A stretch of 57,027 nucleotides of DNA, counting the filler, from Jimgerdemannia flammicorona (taxonomy: Eukaryota), in the NCBI GenBank assembly GCA_003990765.1. It is 2 parts of 2 records of this genome, joined end to end, with 100 filler letters (N's around TTAATTAATTAA, not from the genome) between each part and the next. Parts side by side here need not be neighbours in the genome. Positions count along the whole stretch, not along the records: positions 1 to 28,464 come from RBNJ01000558.1; 1 more part is not named here. One strand, 5' to 3'. A program made the position numbers and the translations under genes. Positions 11,405 through 26,347 of the stretch are shown one piece after another (the stretch's first letter is position 1; the number at the start of each line of letters is the position of its first letter). The notes below the pieces were generated by a model, which ran no database searches, was not told the DNA's origin, and was given only the letters and a program-made list of their open reading frames with translations.

Positions 11405-14400
11405 ATGGCCGCCGTCCATAGAACAATCGAGGTTCCCCTGCAGGAGGAACAGGTGCTGGAGGTCGACTGCTCGGAACTTCCCCATGATCCCTCTGAACTA
11501 ACCTCCATTTTTCAATCCGAGGGTTGCGCTTTGCAATACTACAGGCTATTGGCCGTGAGTAAGATTATATGCACTATCACTGAAAAGCGCAATAGATTGA
11601 ACTTGAAACGCGTCTATCCTTCTCACCCAATCTCCCCCTCAAACCACAGCTTGAATATGATAAGCAAGGTAGACATCAGGACGCGATCTACATTTTAGGA
11701 ACCGGCCTTGCCGCCGGTACGTGTTCTCGTGAAATTCCAACTTTGTAATCTAAGTCAACGGTGACCAAACCGTATTCAGTTACTTTCATATGTTTCCCTC
11801 ACTGAAATCAGCGTCACAAAGCAACCGCGAACAACCTCGTGCCAAACTTCCACTTCTGACGCTGATCGCTACGCTCAATATCAAGAAGTCCCGTTACGCC
11901 GCCACTCGCGAGGAGAAGAATCAGCCTCTAACAGAGGCGACACAGGCTCTTAACGAGGCAGACTCCATAAACCGTCAGTATGAGCCGACAATGATAGTGA
12001 AAGGCTTGCTTCGCTTGCAACGCGGCGAATTCGACCTCGCGTTTCAGGACTTCCGCATGGTTCTCGAGAGGCGGCCTGGGTGCGTGCCGGCCTTGTTAGG
12101 TAAGGCTCGCATCCAGTACAATCGGAAACAATACAAGCAGGCTCTGCGGTCGTACCAGACCGCCCTGACCAACCAGCCCGCTGGCGGCAGCCCCGAGATT
12201 CGATTGGGTATCGGACTATGCTTTCATAAGCTAGGGATGTATCAGGAGGCTAAGAGGGCCTTCTCTCGCTGCATTCAGACTGTAAGTTGCAGCCTTCTCG
12301 CTCCGGCGGAATGTCCTCGTTTCTGTTAAATTAGCCCAGAGTTACGAATTATAACCCCTAGCCTTGAACTTAAACACCGATATTTTAGAACCCCACGCAA
12401 CCGGACCCGACCGCGTTAATCCTGCTGGCCATCATGGAATTTAACGAGTCCAAGGACTTTACGCGTGGAGAGGATGCGCAGGCTGATGCATTGACGCGAG
12501 GCAGGGGATATATGCAGGAAGCCTACAAAGTCGGCAGGAAGAACGCTGTCGTACTGAACCAATTTGCAAACTATTATTTCCTGCGGAGGGATTTTGCCAA
12601 GGTGGGTGAGTGAAACGCTATTGCGGTCGAAGTCAATGGGGGAAAGTTAGCATCATCACCTATGTTAAGATGCCGCCTTCCTGTCACATAAGTTTTAAAA
12701 GATTACCCCACCTTTGCCATTCCGCGCCCTAAAACACATATAAATATTTTTCCCATGTCATACGTATTGCAGGCAATGCAAGCGGCATCCAAGGCCTCCA
12801 AGGCTGCCGACGACAAATCTATTAAGGCCGAGTCTGCCTACCAGATGGCCAGAGCTCATCATCAAATGGTAAGTTCTCTTGTGTTTACGATTCATGTGGT
12901 GCTATAACTTGCAATCTGCTGACATGTCGGTCGGAAACGTATTACTTTAATAATCACAGCAACAGTTCGAAGATGCCTTCAAGTTATACCGGCAGATCAC
13001 GGAGCTGGATCCAGAACATTTACTCGCGCAGTATGGGTTGGGACAGATGCTCATCTGGAAAGGTACACTTCATATCTGGTTTTGGGGTCTTAAGATGGTA
13101 CAAACGTTAAAAGAGAGGGAATCATTCGCGCTCATCATTTGTTTGAAATTCCAATTCGTTGAAGGTGAAACCGAACTAGCGATTCAAACCTTCGAGAAGG
13201 TGTTGGCTGTCGAGCCCAAAAGCGTGGAGACATTGAAAGTTAGTGTCATTACACTCGGGTATCTTGTGCATGTATCTATCATCACTGACTTCGATGTCTT
13301 AAAAATCGTTTGAATGCATCGAAAGGTCTTGGGGTCCCTATATGCGCAAACTGGCAACCGCAGCAAGGCCCTTGAACTGTTCAGCAAGGTCACGAACATT
13401 ATCCATGAGCACCACTTCGACCTGGATGACCCGGGCATGTTCATCGAGTTAGCCCAGCTAGCGGAGGAAACGGACCCGGTGAAGTCACTGAAATGTACGT
13501 ATTCTTATGAGTTCGTTTTGGTATACATCCAACAGGCTAATGATGCACTTAGGATATGTCTGACACAGCTTATGAGGATGCATTATCGGTTTATTACAAT
13601 CGGGGTGAAAGCGTGAATCCGGAAATTCTCAACAATGTCGCAGCGATGTGCCATTCTTCAGGTAAGTTTCCCACATTTTGTTGAACCTTCAAAAATAAAA
13701 ATTAGAAAGTTCTTATCCGTCTGGCGTTTGTTGGTTTACTCTTCATAGGGGATCTGACAAAAGCTGAGAGCTATTACAATGCCGCTCTGCAGGGGTGCGA
13801 GGAGCTGTTGGTGGATGAAGGTGACTCCACGGCTAAGGAAATCATTAGAGGTTTGGAGTGGACCATGACGTACAACTTGGGCCGCCTTTATGAGGAAATG
13901 CACAATCTGGCGAAGGCGACGGACATTTACAAAAGAATCGTAGCAAGTCATCCCAGCTACATTGATGGTAAGTTACATGATGGCGTCTGCCGGATTGGCG
14001 TCCGAAAAAATGTGTATTGTGCTTGCTTGATAATATTTATTCATCTTTTGATCGATATTATTTCCGGTGTGATTAGCACACCTCCGTCTGGGTGCAATTG
14101 AACAATCACTGGGCCGAATCACTGAAGCAATCGAGCATTACAAGGAGGTATTCGATACCGATGATAAAAATGCGGACGCATGGCTGATGATAGGTCTCGC
14201 GCAGGCGGAAATGAACGAGTCGCGTAACAGCAAGAAGAGTTTGGAACGAGTGGTCAGGGACTGCGATAAGAACGATGTGTACGGGTTAATCGCACTGGGA
14301 AATTATCACCTGGGAGTAGCGAGGGATGCAAAAGGCGACGATAAGAGACTCCAGGTGAGCTTAATTAAATTTCAGTGTATTACTTAAATGGCTATCCATC

Positions 14401-16518
14401 TTCCGTCTAACAATATTTGATGTGTTCTGCACGTTCACAGAGGCAAGAATCGTACCGCATCGCTGCCCAATCTTTCAGCAGAGTTCTCAAGAGCGAACCG
14501 ACCAGCGTTTATGCTGCAAATGGCATTGCCATTGCCATTGCTGAGACTGGCTCACTTAAAGAGGCCCAGCAAACTTTTGATCAAGTTAGAGAGGCCGCGA
14601 GTAATTTTCCATCTGTGATGGTCAATCTGGCGCATATCTTGGTTGAAAAAGGCGAGTTCAGGCAGGCGGTCGTGATGGTAGGGTTTGAACTTTGTATTTA
14701 TATTTTTTAATTGTGGCGCAGCAATGTCAACTTTCACTAAGCGACATTATCTGTTGTGTAGTACGAAAACGTTTCCAAGAAGTACTACGATAACAAAGAC
14801 GCCAATGTTTTACTGTGCATGGCAAAAGCTCAGTTTATGTCCGCCAAAACAGAAAAGAGTCCAGCAGCGATGCTCGATGCACTTCGGTTTACCCAGAAGG
14901 CTTATCACGTGAACCCTACAGACAAAGCGGTGCTCTATGACATTGCACTGGTGCAACAATCATATGCTCAAATGATTGCTGACAAACCCGTAGAGCAACG
15001 AACGACGCAGGAGCTACGACAAGCGATTGCGGGTTTGGAGATGAGCAAGCAAATGTTCCGCACGCTGATGGCCGTGCCATCAGAGGAACACGTTAACTAT
15101 GACCGCAAGCTTGCGGAGCAACGTGTTCGTCACGGTGAATCGTTGCGCGGTCAAATTGAGCGCAGGCTAGCGGAGCAAGAAGAGTTTGAGGATGCAAAGA
15201 ACCGGAAATTGGAGGAAGCGAAGTTGAAGCGGGAGGCAGAGCGGTTGAAGAGAGAACGAGTGGAAGAGGAGGCACGGGAGCGGAGAAGAGAAGAGGAGAG
15301 GAAGGTCGAGGAACAGCGACGGAACGTGATGGATAGAGTGCAAAAAGTCAATGAGGAGATGCGGGATGTCGGCGAAAGTGATGTGGACGAAGAAGAGAAA
15401 AAGGAAAGGAGACGCAGAAGAAAGAAAGACCGAGAAAGGATGGAAGCCGAAGACGGGGAGATGGGTGGCGGTATGGAGGACGGCGACAGTTCCGATGGAA
15501 GAAAACGGAAGAGGACATCGGTGAAAAAGGACAGGGAGAAAAAGGTAAGCTTGTTATAGCCTTAGCAAAACCCAATCGGGAAGGAGGAGTAAGCTTGCGT
15601 ATTATGAGACTGGATATCGGCTTGTATATTTGCTCAACCTATGCTGAACTGTATATGCCTCGAAGACCCAGCCCCGTCGGAAACGTGCCAAGTCTGAGGA
15701 ATACGAGGGAATAGACGGTGGAGATAGCGAGGGGGCATCGCGGAAAAGAAAAATGTAAGTCGTTGTAGATTGTTATTCATAAGTGTGTCCGCAATAATCA
15801 TGTATGCTCATGAGATATTGTTTCTGTAGCAAATCCAAGGATCAGATCGACTCCGAAGATGAACGAGACGGAGAGGAACCAGAGCGGTCGGAAGGGAACG
15901 GCAACTCCTCTGGGAAGAGACGACTGTAGTGAGTACAGTTTCAGGCATTCATGCATCCACCCCATCATAGGAAGTTTGAGGCTTTAACATCAACATTTCG
16001 CTTCATGTACATTCTGCAGTAAATCCAAGGATATGGTTGAATCCGGTGACGACGATGACGACGCGATTGGAGTAAATGAAACTAATATCGACGATGGGTG
16101 GGACGGTGGCGGTGGCAATGGCTCTGCTAGCCCAAAGAGGATGTGAGTCGCTGTCATATTTATTATGATGTTGCCTTCAATTTGTTTATTTACGCTTTCG
16201 CAGAATTGGCTGGATGGCATTCCCGATGGCTCACGTACACGATTCGTGATTTAACCACATTCGTTAGTATCAATGATGACTACGATGCTCCGATGCTCAA
16301 TCACGAGGAGGACCCCGCGGACGGAGCGGGTGAAACAGGCGATGCAGGTGCGGACGAAGAGGACGATGAGCAGGGCGGCGTAGCTTCGCGAAAGAAACAG
16401 TGAGTAGCCTAATCTGCAACAGCAACCGGTTCATGATCATGAAGACTCATGCTATCTATCCAAATTCCATAGCAACAGCAAATCGAAGGCGATTGTGGAT
16501 TCAGAAGAGGATGAATGA
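11405..16518 (+). CDS. CTR9: RNA polymerase II-associated PAF1 complex subunit Ctr9 (multi-exon, TPR repeats)
   Basis: N-terminus RTIEVPLQEEQVLEVDCSELP...LLALEY, TPR exons, YAANGIAIAIAE motif, coiled coil and acidic/basic tail; GT-AG introns. The last exons are approximate. Confidence 0.9.
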
Positions 16519-16777
16519 AAGATGTATAAATGTAAAACTTGGCGATAGAATGATGTACAAATGAAGATCGATAAAGAAACAAATTTGGCCATGGATCTCG
16601 GGGCGATAGAGCTAGGGATTGCCGTGCTGGGAATGATTGGGTTCTACGTCATTTGCGGAAACACGGTCACAGACCCCAGCAAAAAATTCCCCATCGCATC
16701 CGTTCCATAAAACCTGGCTCACAACCCGACCCCTGACACCTCTCCCCATCCACCTTCGCCTCTCCGCCACGAACAAA

Positions 16778-19700
16778 ATGGTGCACAAAATCGATACCAA
16801 GTCCATCCACACCATCCGTGTCCTGGCCGCCGACACCGTACGCGCCGGTAATTCGGGCCACCCAGGTATGAACAACCAGTCGCGTCACCGCGTTACTACG
16901 TATTTTTCCTGTGCACCCCCCGACCATGGTTTCTCAACCTTGCTTTGACGCTTCAACAATAAGGTGCTCCTATGGGTTGCGCTCCTATGGCCCACATCCT
17001 CTTCTCTCGCTTCATTACCGTCAATCCCAAGAATCACGAATGGGTAAGTGCTGGAGGCGTAAGCAAACTTGGTAGAGGGAAATAGGGTAAAGTAACGCCA
17101 AGAAGGCTGCTCATATCAGAAGCGCTGAGGGATTTGGATTGTCGATGCGAAAATGGCCAATTGTGCTTGCGTTTTTTGCACAAGCTCGACGCGCGCCCGA
17201 TATGTGCATGATATTCGCTTGTAGCATTCCCTCTGATCGTTATCTGATCGCCCTGCCCTTACATTCTACGTTTAAGATTAATCGTGATCGCTTCGTCCTA
17301 TCCAATGGTCATGGCTGTGCTCTTCACTACATCATGCTGCACTTGATGGGTTACGACTTGACTCTTGACGACCTGAAGCATTTCCGTCATGTGGACTCCA
17401 AGTAAGTTTCCTCCAACCCCTCAATCCAAGGCCTTACTTAAGCGTATGCTGGAGTTAGCGGCCAAATGGACCAAGAAAACACGTCTTAACGCCCGTCGCT
17501 GGCGCGGATTTATTTATACTGGATTCCAACATTCTCAACGTTGTGTCATTTTTTTTTTTTTTTCCTAATAGAACTCCTGGCCACCCCGAGAACTTCCACA
17601 CTAAGGGCATTGAAGTCACGACTGGCCCCCTTGGTCAGGGCGTAGGTGAGGCCGTTGGTTTGGCCATTGCACAAGCCCACCTTGGCGCGACCTTCAACAA
17701 GCCTGGCTATGAGCTATTCTCGAACCATACTTATTTCATCTTGGGTGATGGATGCATGCAGGAGGGTGTTGCCTCTGAGGCTGCGTCGTTGGCTGGGTGA
17801 GTAAACTCGTAAAACTCATTGGCGTCGGTAGACTTCGTTAAATTTCTGGCACGTGATCTCACTATGAATTGCTTTCATATGACGTCATTTCACCTTTTGG
17901 ATGTCGTTACCATAAATAGCCATTTGCAACTTGGCAACCTTATAGCCCTCTACGATGATAACCACATCTCCATCGACGGTGATACAGCGCTCGGTTTTAC
18001 CGAAGATGTTGTAAAGCGCTTCGAGGCTTACGGCTGGCACACGCAAGTTCTGGACGATGGTGATCACGACTACGAGGGTCTGGCTCGCGCCATTGAAAAC
18101 GCCAAGAAGGTGACCGACAAGCCGTCACTGATCAAAATCCGCACAACCATTGGTTATGGGTCCCTGAAACAGGGCGAGGAAGTCGTCCATGGCTCTCCAC
18201 TCGATCCTGCCGACATCAAACAGCTCAAAACCAAGTTTGGCTTCGATTCTGAGCAGCACTTCTTCGTCCCCGAAGAAGTCCGTGATTTCTACGCCAAGCG
18301 CATCGTCCACGGCATCAAGGCTGAGGAACAGTGGAATGCCCTATTCGAAGCATATGCTCAAGAGTTCCCCGCCGAGGCCAAGGACATTAAGCGACGTTTG
18401 GCCGGCGAGCTTCCCGAGGGTTGGCAGGATACCCTTCCCAGATATACCCCATCCGATCCCGCCATCGCCACTCGCAAGACATCAGAGAATGCATTGACCA
18501 AGTTGGCCGGGGCCATTCCTGAACTGCTTGGCGGATCAGCGGATCTAACTGGGTCGAACTTGACGAGGTGGAAGGGCGCGAAGGATTTCCAGCATGTGAG
18601 TCGGCGGATCTACTTTGCGTAACATTGAGAGATTTTGAACGCTTTATTTTATTTTATTTTATTTTATTCTTTTTCCGATCGTTATGCGTACTGATTATAA
18701 TTATCTTTTTCTCTTTGTAGTCGTCCACTGGTCTTGGTGATTACTCAGGTCGCTATTTTCGCTACGGTGTCCGTGAGCATGGCATGGCGGCCATCATGAA
18801 CGGTATCGCTGCCTACGGTGGCTTGATTCCGTATGGTGCTACGTTCTTAAACTTCATAACGTAAGTAGGACAGATTCTAACTTGCAGTCACATGTGTGTA
18901 TTGCAATGCGTTCTTATCTAATGAGTCGTTCGTCGAAACTTGTATGTGTATACCTATTCAACGAAAAGCTATGCCTGGGGCGGCGTCCGTCTTTCAGCCC
19001 TCTCTCGTCTGCGCGTTATCTATGTCATGACTCATGATTCCATTGGGCTTGGTGAAGATGGCCCTACTCATCAACCGATCGAGACCCTCGCTTTGACCCG
19101 CGCCACTCCCAACCTCCTCACCTTCCGCCCCGCTGACGGCAATGAGACCTCTGGCGCTTACATTGTTGCCATCGAGAATATCCAACGTCCTTCGGTTATT
19201 GCTCTCTCTCGCCAGAATCTGCCTCAGCTTGCTGGCTCCTCTGTCGAGGTTGTTCGAAAGGGCGCCTATATTCTGCAGGACGTCGCAGACTTCAAGGTCA
19301 TCATTGTTGCCTCAGGGTCTGAGGTCTCGCTCGCCGTTGATGCAGCGAAGTTGCTTCCTTTCCCCGCTCGCGTTGTTTCAATGCCGTCGGCCGAGCTCTT
19401 CACCGAGCAGTCGGTGGAATATCGTCGCTCCATCTTCCCGTCCGGCATTCCTTCGGTCTCAATCGAGGCGATGAGTACCTTGGGCTGGGAAAGGTTCTCA
19501 CACTACCAAATAGGCATGAAGGGCTGGGGCGCTTCGGGAGTAAGCATCATTATCGTTTCTTTGGCATGCCCTTAGCTTTCCAATCGCGTCATTATTATGA
19601 TTGCTATTATTTGTCATACCCTCCACTGAATCTCCAATGTTTTTATCCTCTCTTTTTGTCATCACCGCTAACAGCCCATCAAAGGCTTGATGAAGAAGTT

Positions 19701-19794
19701 CGGTTTCGTCCCGGATGCCGTGGCCCAGAAGGTGGAGAAGGTGGTTGCCCATTTCGAAAACAGGCCTGTCCCTGACCTGATCTGGACCTTCTAA
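16778..19794 (+). CDS. TKL1: Transketolase (multi-exon)
   Basis: [69 protein letters not shown]. Confidence 0.97.
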
Positions 19795-20186
19795 GCGTTT
19801 ATATACATAGTATGGTGTGATATAACTAGACTGTCATTGTCCACCACGCCAAAAACAAAGATTTCTATGTGCACCTCGCTCACCCCAATATAAATGTTCC
19901 TCCTGTGAGCAGTGTTATCGTATTTTCTCTTTGTAGTCGAATTCGTGTTTCTCTTTTTTTTCTTTTGGCATTCTTATTTCTCGTTAACGTACTCCTCTGG
20001 TATCCAATTTTTGGGGTCAAAATGGCATGGAAAAAGATGGTTTTAGGCTTCTGGATGTAGGAAGAACAATTTTGTGTTCCATTGGACGTAGCAAACCATT
20101 TATTCATGTTCTATGGAAGACACGCAAGGACATGGAGTATAACGTGGCATTCACTTATTAATTTCGTCAGGAATACTATATTATTA

Positions 20187-22607
20187 TTATTTGCCGATGC
20201 AAAATTCACGAAACACCAGCTCTAGTATCTCCTCTACGTCTACCTGGCCGGTAATCCTGCCCAGGGCGCCGGCTGCCTGGCGGAGCTCTTCAGCAGCAAG
20301 GACGACGTCCGAGTATGGGTCATCTGGAGCGAGTGACGAAAAAAAAAAAAATGGCAATTTTTATAAAGACTGGTGGTGTATGATGAGATGAGAAATAACC
20401 CAACGTTGGCCCCCACTTTTGGTGACCGTCCATTACACCTCAAACCTCACCGAGAAATGTATCTAAAGCCATTAAGCAATCCTTTAAATGTTCACGATGC
20501 CGTGCTTGCGTGATTACCGAGCCAGAAGAGACTGATGCTGCTGCGGGATCAAACCTATTCGGTACGAACGACATTAAATCAAACGCCTAGCATACCCTAA
20601 TTTTGCGGGAATAAATGCAAGTATAACCCCAAGTAGTCGTCCCCCTTTCCGTCCACATTTCCGTTAGACTCACTTGTCACTCAGTATTTCCACAAATTCA
20701 TTCATAAACTTGTCGAACCCTTCGCCAGTCTCGCACGATAGTGTCCAAATATGCATTGGGGTGGACATAGCGAAAATACGTCGAATCAGGGCGCTATTAT
20801 TGATTACGGCAGGGCTGCCAGGTATAGTATCACACTTATTGAGTATGAGAAGCGTATCAGGGTCGATGATATCGCGAGTCATGTGTATCAGCGGGGTAGA
20901 ACGTTCGGAGAGGAGATCGGGAAGTGAGAGAAGGCATATTTTGATATCTGCAGAATCGATGCTGAAATGAGCATTCAAAGGGAGACATACTATGAGGACT
21001 GATTATTGGGAGAAATGGGGCAAATGGAGTCGTATGGAAAAACAAAAAGTTGTATCCAAGGGTCCCTATGAGCGGCGAAACGTGTTCTCGATGGAAGGGA
21101 ACAAACTTACCGTCTCAGCGCTCTTTTCACGCCTTCCATCTCAATCACGTCCTGGGAGTCCCTTAAACCTGCCGTATCGCTCATGATGACGGGATATCCA
21201 GCAACGTTAAGTGCGACTTCGACCACATCGCGGGTCGTGCCAGGGATGGGGGACACGATGGCCGCTTGGCGCTGAGCTGGGAAAGGCGTATGCCGATCAA
21301 AAAACAGTTATTGGGAAATAATCTCTTGGTGAAGCAACACTTATGTATACAGTGTCGTCCAGATAAAGTCGAGAGCAACCGAATCTGTAAATGTAAACGG
21401 ATGGAGATGAATACACACCCATCCTATTAAGAAAACTGCTTTTCCCAGCATTTGGTGGTCCCAAAATGGTAACATTGATGCCGTCGCGCAGAATCTCACC
21501 ACGTCGATTATCGTCCGTGTGCTTATAAATTGAAGCGCGTAAGGAGCGAATGATAATGACGACTGAAGATGTCGAGCGACATTTGCGAATCAGCTCGAAT
21601 GAAGCTAAAATTTTCATCACATTGTTCCTCAATAGTGATCGCATTGTCATACCTCGATCGATCACTTTTTCCTCAATTCCGTCCTCTTCGCCAAAGTCAA
21701 TTAGTGCTTCTAGAGGTGCCATACTCTTGAGCATTTGTGTGCGCCATGACTCGTAAAGTTGTTTCAATCCGCCCTGCGTGCAAAATGCGCGAAATTATCA
21801 AAAATGCATGTCCTCAGGAGGGCAAGAACAGATCAAAATGCAGCATTTAGAACATACCTCGGCTTGTCGCAGGGCCTGTTTACGTTGTGCCTCCGTCTCG
21901 GCGTTCAACAGGTCCGCGATGCCTTCGACAGACGTAAGATCTAACTTGTTGTTTTCAAATGCTCTAGAGTGGCATTCGTTCGCGCACATGCATTAATGTG
22001 TTGTATTCGCGAAGGAATCCATATCACAGATATATTTAACCAGCAATTTTACCGGCGTGAAAATTCTCCGCGTTCAGCCATCCGGAATCCAGCGTCAACA
22101 CACCCTAACGCGTCCAGAACACCGCGAATGACGGCAGTGCCGCCATGAATGTGCAACTCGACCACATCCTCGCCGGTGAAGCTGGCTGGGCCTGGACAGT
22201 TTCGGGATAGCGGAGACCAAATTAATGGAAGGGCTTGAAATTTGGTATTACATTTCTGCTGAAATCAATGGCTCACCAGGAAACCAGAGGACCAATCCTC
22301 TATCAAGAAAATCTCCTGAGCTTGGGTGCCAAATTCTGCGGAAAACCGCTTGCCGAGGATTTGGTAGATATGATCCGGTAATTCGATCCTTAATACCAGG
22401 TGCAATTCTGGTCAAAACCTGTATCAGCAGCACTGTATGAGTGTTTGACTTGATCAACTCGTGATAAACAATGGAAATTACCTCTGACGCACGGGGGCCC
22501 GAAACACGTATTACAGCAAGGCCAGCTTTTCCAGGAGCGGAGGAGAGGGCGAAGATTGTGTCTGTGTGAGATGCTGCAAGGAGGGAGCGGCCGAGTGTCC
22601 TAAGCAT
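20187..22607 (-). CDS. MSS1: Mitochondrial tRNA modification GTPase (MnmE/TrmE/GTPBP3 family), multi-exon
   Basis: [65 protein letters not shown]-terminal FREFCIGK*. Start codon uncertain. Confidence 0.93.
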
Positions 22608-23392
22608 TGCAGTGCCGAGATGTGAGGAGAGAACAGTCACAGCATAGCCGGGAATGTTGGTATAAAACCGTGGGAAGCGGAATTTTCCCCCACTACCTTG
22701 CCGTTTAAGCAATTATTACTCCAAATATAAATCATCACATGCAAAAAGCGTAATCGACAACAAAAAAAGGTACTAATCTAGATAGGTCATAAGGTGCTTT
22801 TTAATAAACTTCGCCTCATATAATAATATATCGACCCTGCAAAGTAGAAACGACTATTTTTCCCCAAGGCCATCAAAGCACGTGTCATTGAGCACCCCTC
22901 TGGTAAAAGCCGACGAACATGTATCCAACCGTCTTCTGCACATGGTGGTAACAGATGCTCGCACGGCACTAGCATGACCGTGGCTTGTAGTTTATTTCCT
23001 CGGACGATGCAAGACGTCTATGTAATGGTGTGATAAACTATCCACATGGGGCGTGTTCGTGTTGGAGAGGCGATATCAGAAGAGGAATAAGGGTAGGCTA
23101 AAGACGCTGATCTGTAATTCGATCTGCCAATAATGTTCTCAACCTAACCGATCGCGGTTGTTTTTCCACTATAAGCCGAAACTTTACCACATGTGGTGTT
23201 GTCCTTAAGTGGTACACCAGAACTTTCACATGTCGGTGTTTGACAACTTCTCCACAATCACTTTTGGTGTTCCTCTCTTTCCTTTGCCTTCGTGCTCGTC
23301 GAGGTGGAACGCATCTTGTTATCATAACACTCTTAGCACATTAGTATATATAGACATTAACCCCTCACTTACCCAGGGTGCGGTAGATTGAA

Positions 23393-25420
23393 ATGACCCA
23401 TCTAAGCGATTTTAGCTTTTTGCGTAGGTTTCCTCTTCCTTTTGTTTTATGGTTGACAGTTCGGGACAAGTCAGTCGTCTTGGAATTTGTTGCAAACCTG
23501 TTCATATTGGCTTCTCTTCCTTGTTTACACTACAGAACGAGCGGTATCCCTCACCTACCTATACATCTTCTTGATAATTCGCGTATACCAGGTCAACCAT
23601 TTCCAATGTCTTGCACCTTCGCGGTTACGAGCTGGTGAGCTCAAAGGCATCGTAACGGTTTTGGTAATGATAGCAATACCATTTCAATTGTACTATGGTA
23701 GGTGGCTACCGGATCTCGCAGATTGTAGTACGGGATGAATTAAAAGCGACCACATACTGATCTGCTGTCTTGACCATTGGTATAGATTGGACGTCAACGA
23801 AAATCAAATATGATGAAGGCTTCATGATGCTTCCCAATACAGCCACAATCGTAAACAAACCTTTCGAAGCTTGGACTGACGCCGACAAAGCTCTGGTGCC
23901 ACCGACTGATTACAGTCTGTGCGTTGGTTTTTCACTGCAGACGTATGTATCGGAAATTCATTTCGCTCATGAGATTTGCGTAATACTTACTGCATAGATA
24001 CCATCGAGTCAATGCTTAAGAAATATCGTAGGTTTAGCGAAGCACGACATTAAACATTTTACCCAAATAGTGGTACATTATTCCTTCTCCAGTCGTTTTG
24101 GAATTACCTTGCAAATTCCGTCGCGAAAGCAAGCTTCATGGGGAGCTTGGAATTTAAGTGGTACATTCTGTGGTAGGTAGTCTTGCTCGCTTTATATAAT
24201 CAAGGTACAATCGACATGGTTATTGATGCAACCGCTAATTCCGTTTAGGTGCGGCGTAAGCATCATCATGTTTCCTGCCCTTCAATATAATTTCAGTCGG
24301 AGTGTTTATGATCCCACTTGGAAGGAGATCATCCCAGAGCTTGCATACGGTGTCGGTTAGTGCATATGTTTTACTGAATCTCCTGAGTTGGCAGTGATGG
24401 TCGCGATATTAACAGGCTTCCTTGCTTACTTTGCAGAGTTGCTTATTGTCTGTATGCTGGGCATCCAATCGCATTTCCGTTTCACGAAACTCATCTCGCA
24501 AACTCGCAACTCGACCAACGAGAAAACTATCGTTCAGAAATTGACATACTTCATGGAAATGAACAAGATTCTTATTGTGGCTCTACTTGTGGACTCGGTC
24601 TCATTAATTACGCTTAGCGTTGATGGGTTGACACCAGAAGCATTCCTCAACAAGCACAAGTTCACGGCAGACTTATTCATTTGCAACGCCAATTTCGCCA
24701 GCTTCATCATTTGGTTTTTGGTTATCATGATTTTCCATCCTCGACATGGCTACGGTATACAATTTTTTTTTCTCAACATTGTTAATGGTTCATAACGGTC
24801 TATACTGACGATTCGTCATTTTCATCACAGGTGGTGTTGGAACAACCTCGTCGTTTAATACCACTAACGGTCAAGCCCGAACTCACGTAGTTGATGGCAC
24901 CCACTCCGTTGTCCCTATTCATGATCAACCCAATACCAAAGCCAATGGATATATCCCGTATGGTGCAAACGACGCCACAGGGGACCTTAAGGACCCACCT
25001 CCGCCCTTGTCTCCTACAACTCCGAAATACCAAAACTATAATACGAACCCGCCACCGAAGTCGCCAAAATCACCACAACGACCCACCTCTCCCGCTCACA
25101 ACGGCTCATCCTCCTCGGAAGGTGCGAATGCCTCGGGCGAAACACGACCGCTGGCGACTGATCACGGAATCGAATTCTACGCCGTGACATCTGACAGGCC
25201 GCCACGTAGAAGACCCAGCTCCCCCGCCGCTGCAGTTCCGAGGCCCCGTGCCGACGATATTCCCATGCAAACCATGTTCGAGGAAGAATGTGGAGATAGG
25301 CCATCTTCGCGACAACAGCACCGTGTCCCGCATCAACGACCAGGACAAGGAAGTTTTGATAATGGAGGGGCCCGTCGGGATCGAAACCTACAACGGGACA
25401 ACAGTACCGATAGCGGCTGA
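23393..25420 (+). CDS. Uncharacterised multi-exon 7-TM membrane protein with Pro/Ser-rich C-tail
   Basis: Exons joined at GT-AG sites give seven hydrophobic segments followed by a long disordered tail ending DNSTDSG*. Confidence 0.75.
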
Positions 25421-26347
25421 CTTCGCCAGTCGCCCAGGGGTGCTAAAACCAACGGCGAATCATTTTAGTATGGTCACGCAGTATGATGTCCTTTCCTAAT
25501 TGTTTAACCCTAATGACAGTATATATATAGCAGAAATTGTCTATTTCCTATTCTTTGTACAACATTAATATTGGATGGCATTGTTGGCGTTCGCGCGAAT
25601 TAACCCTCGGCGGATATAAGCCATATTTTCAGTGTATTCCCGTCAACCAATCTCCAAATTCCGTAGAAACAGTGTATCATAAGCATGTACCAAATGAGTA
25701 TAAGTTGAGGTTAGAGCTAGTATGTAAATACTGCTTGGGTTGCATTTGTGTAGTGTGTGAGTGGTATACAAATACATCGCATTCACTCTGGCCTGTTACA
25801 TTTGAGTTCATTGTACGCATCCCGGCCAGTTGGATATGGATATGTCATGTACATCCTGATTAGCGTGTCAGATAGTGTGCGAGTACATCATATAGTTTAC
25901 TCAAGTAGGCTGGCTAGCAAAGCATACTCTATGTTCGTATTAGTTCAAATGTGGCCTATTATATTAACTCTACTTTCGGTCAATGTAAGTAATACTACAA
26001 AAATCGGCCTTGAACCGAAAAATTGCATGACGTCACGCGTAATCTCGGCCCTCATACCCAATACTCCTTGTCTTTTCACAAATACCATCATGCCTAAGAT
26101 AAGAAAACCCTCCAGGCATCCAAACCCCTGGCGAGTAGCATGATAAACACGAGGCGTCAGACGAGATCCCAGCCCAAACTTTCTGCAAGGATTGCCTCCA
26201 CTTCGGATCCCCAAGGCAAAGAGAACATCCAGACAATCGTCTTCGCTCCCGGTCTCCCAACTTGTCTGAGATGAACAGCAGGCATAAGAAGCAGGCCTCC
26301 ATCTCAGAACCCAAGGGCAGGGAGATCCAGATGTCTATTGCCAGTCA

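Noticed and set aside
18643..18668. (ATTTT)n run
   Set aside because: Ordinary intronic microsatellite in TKL1.
11405..25420. Functional gene cluster among the four host genes
   Set aside because: Unrelated functions; ordinary compact gene island.
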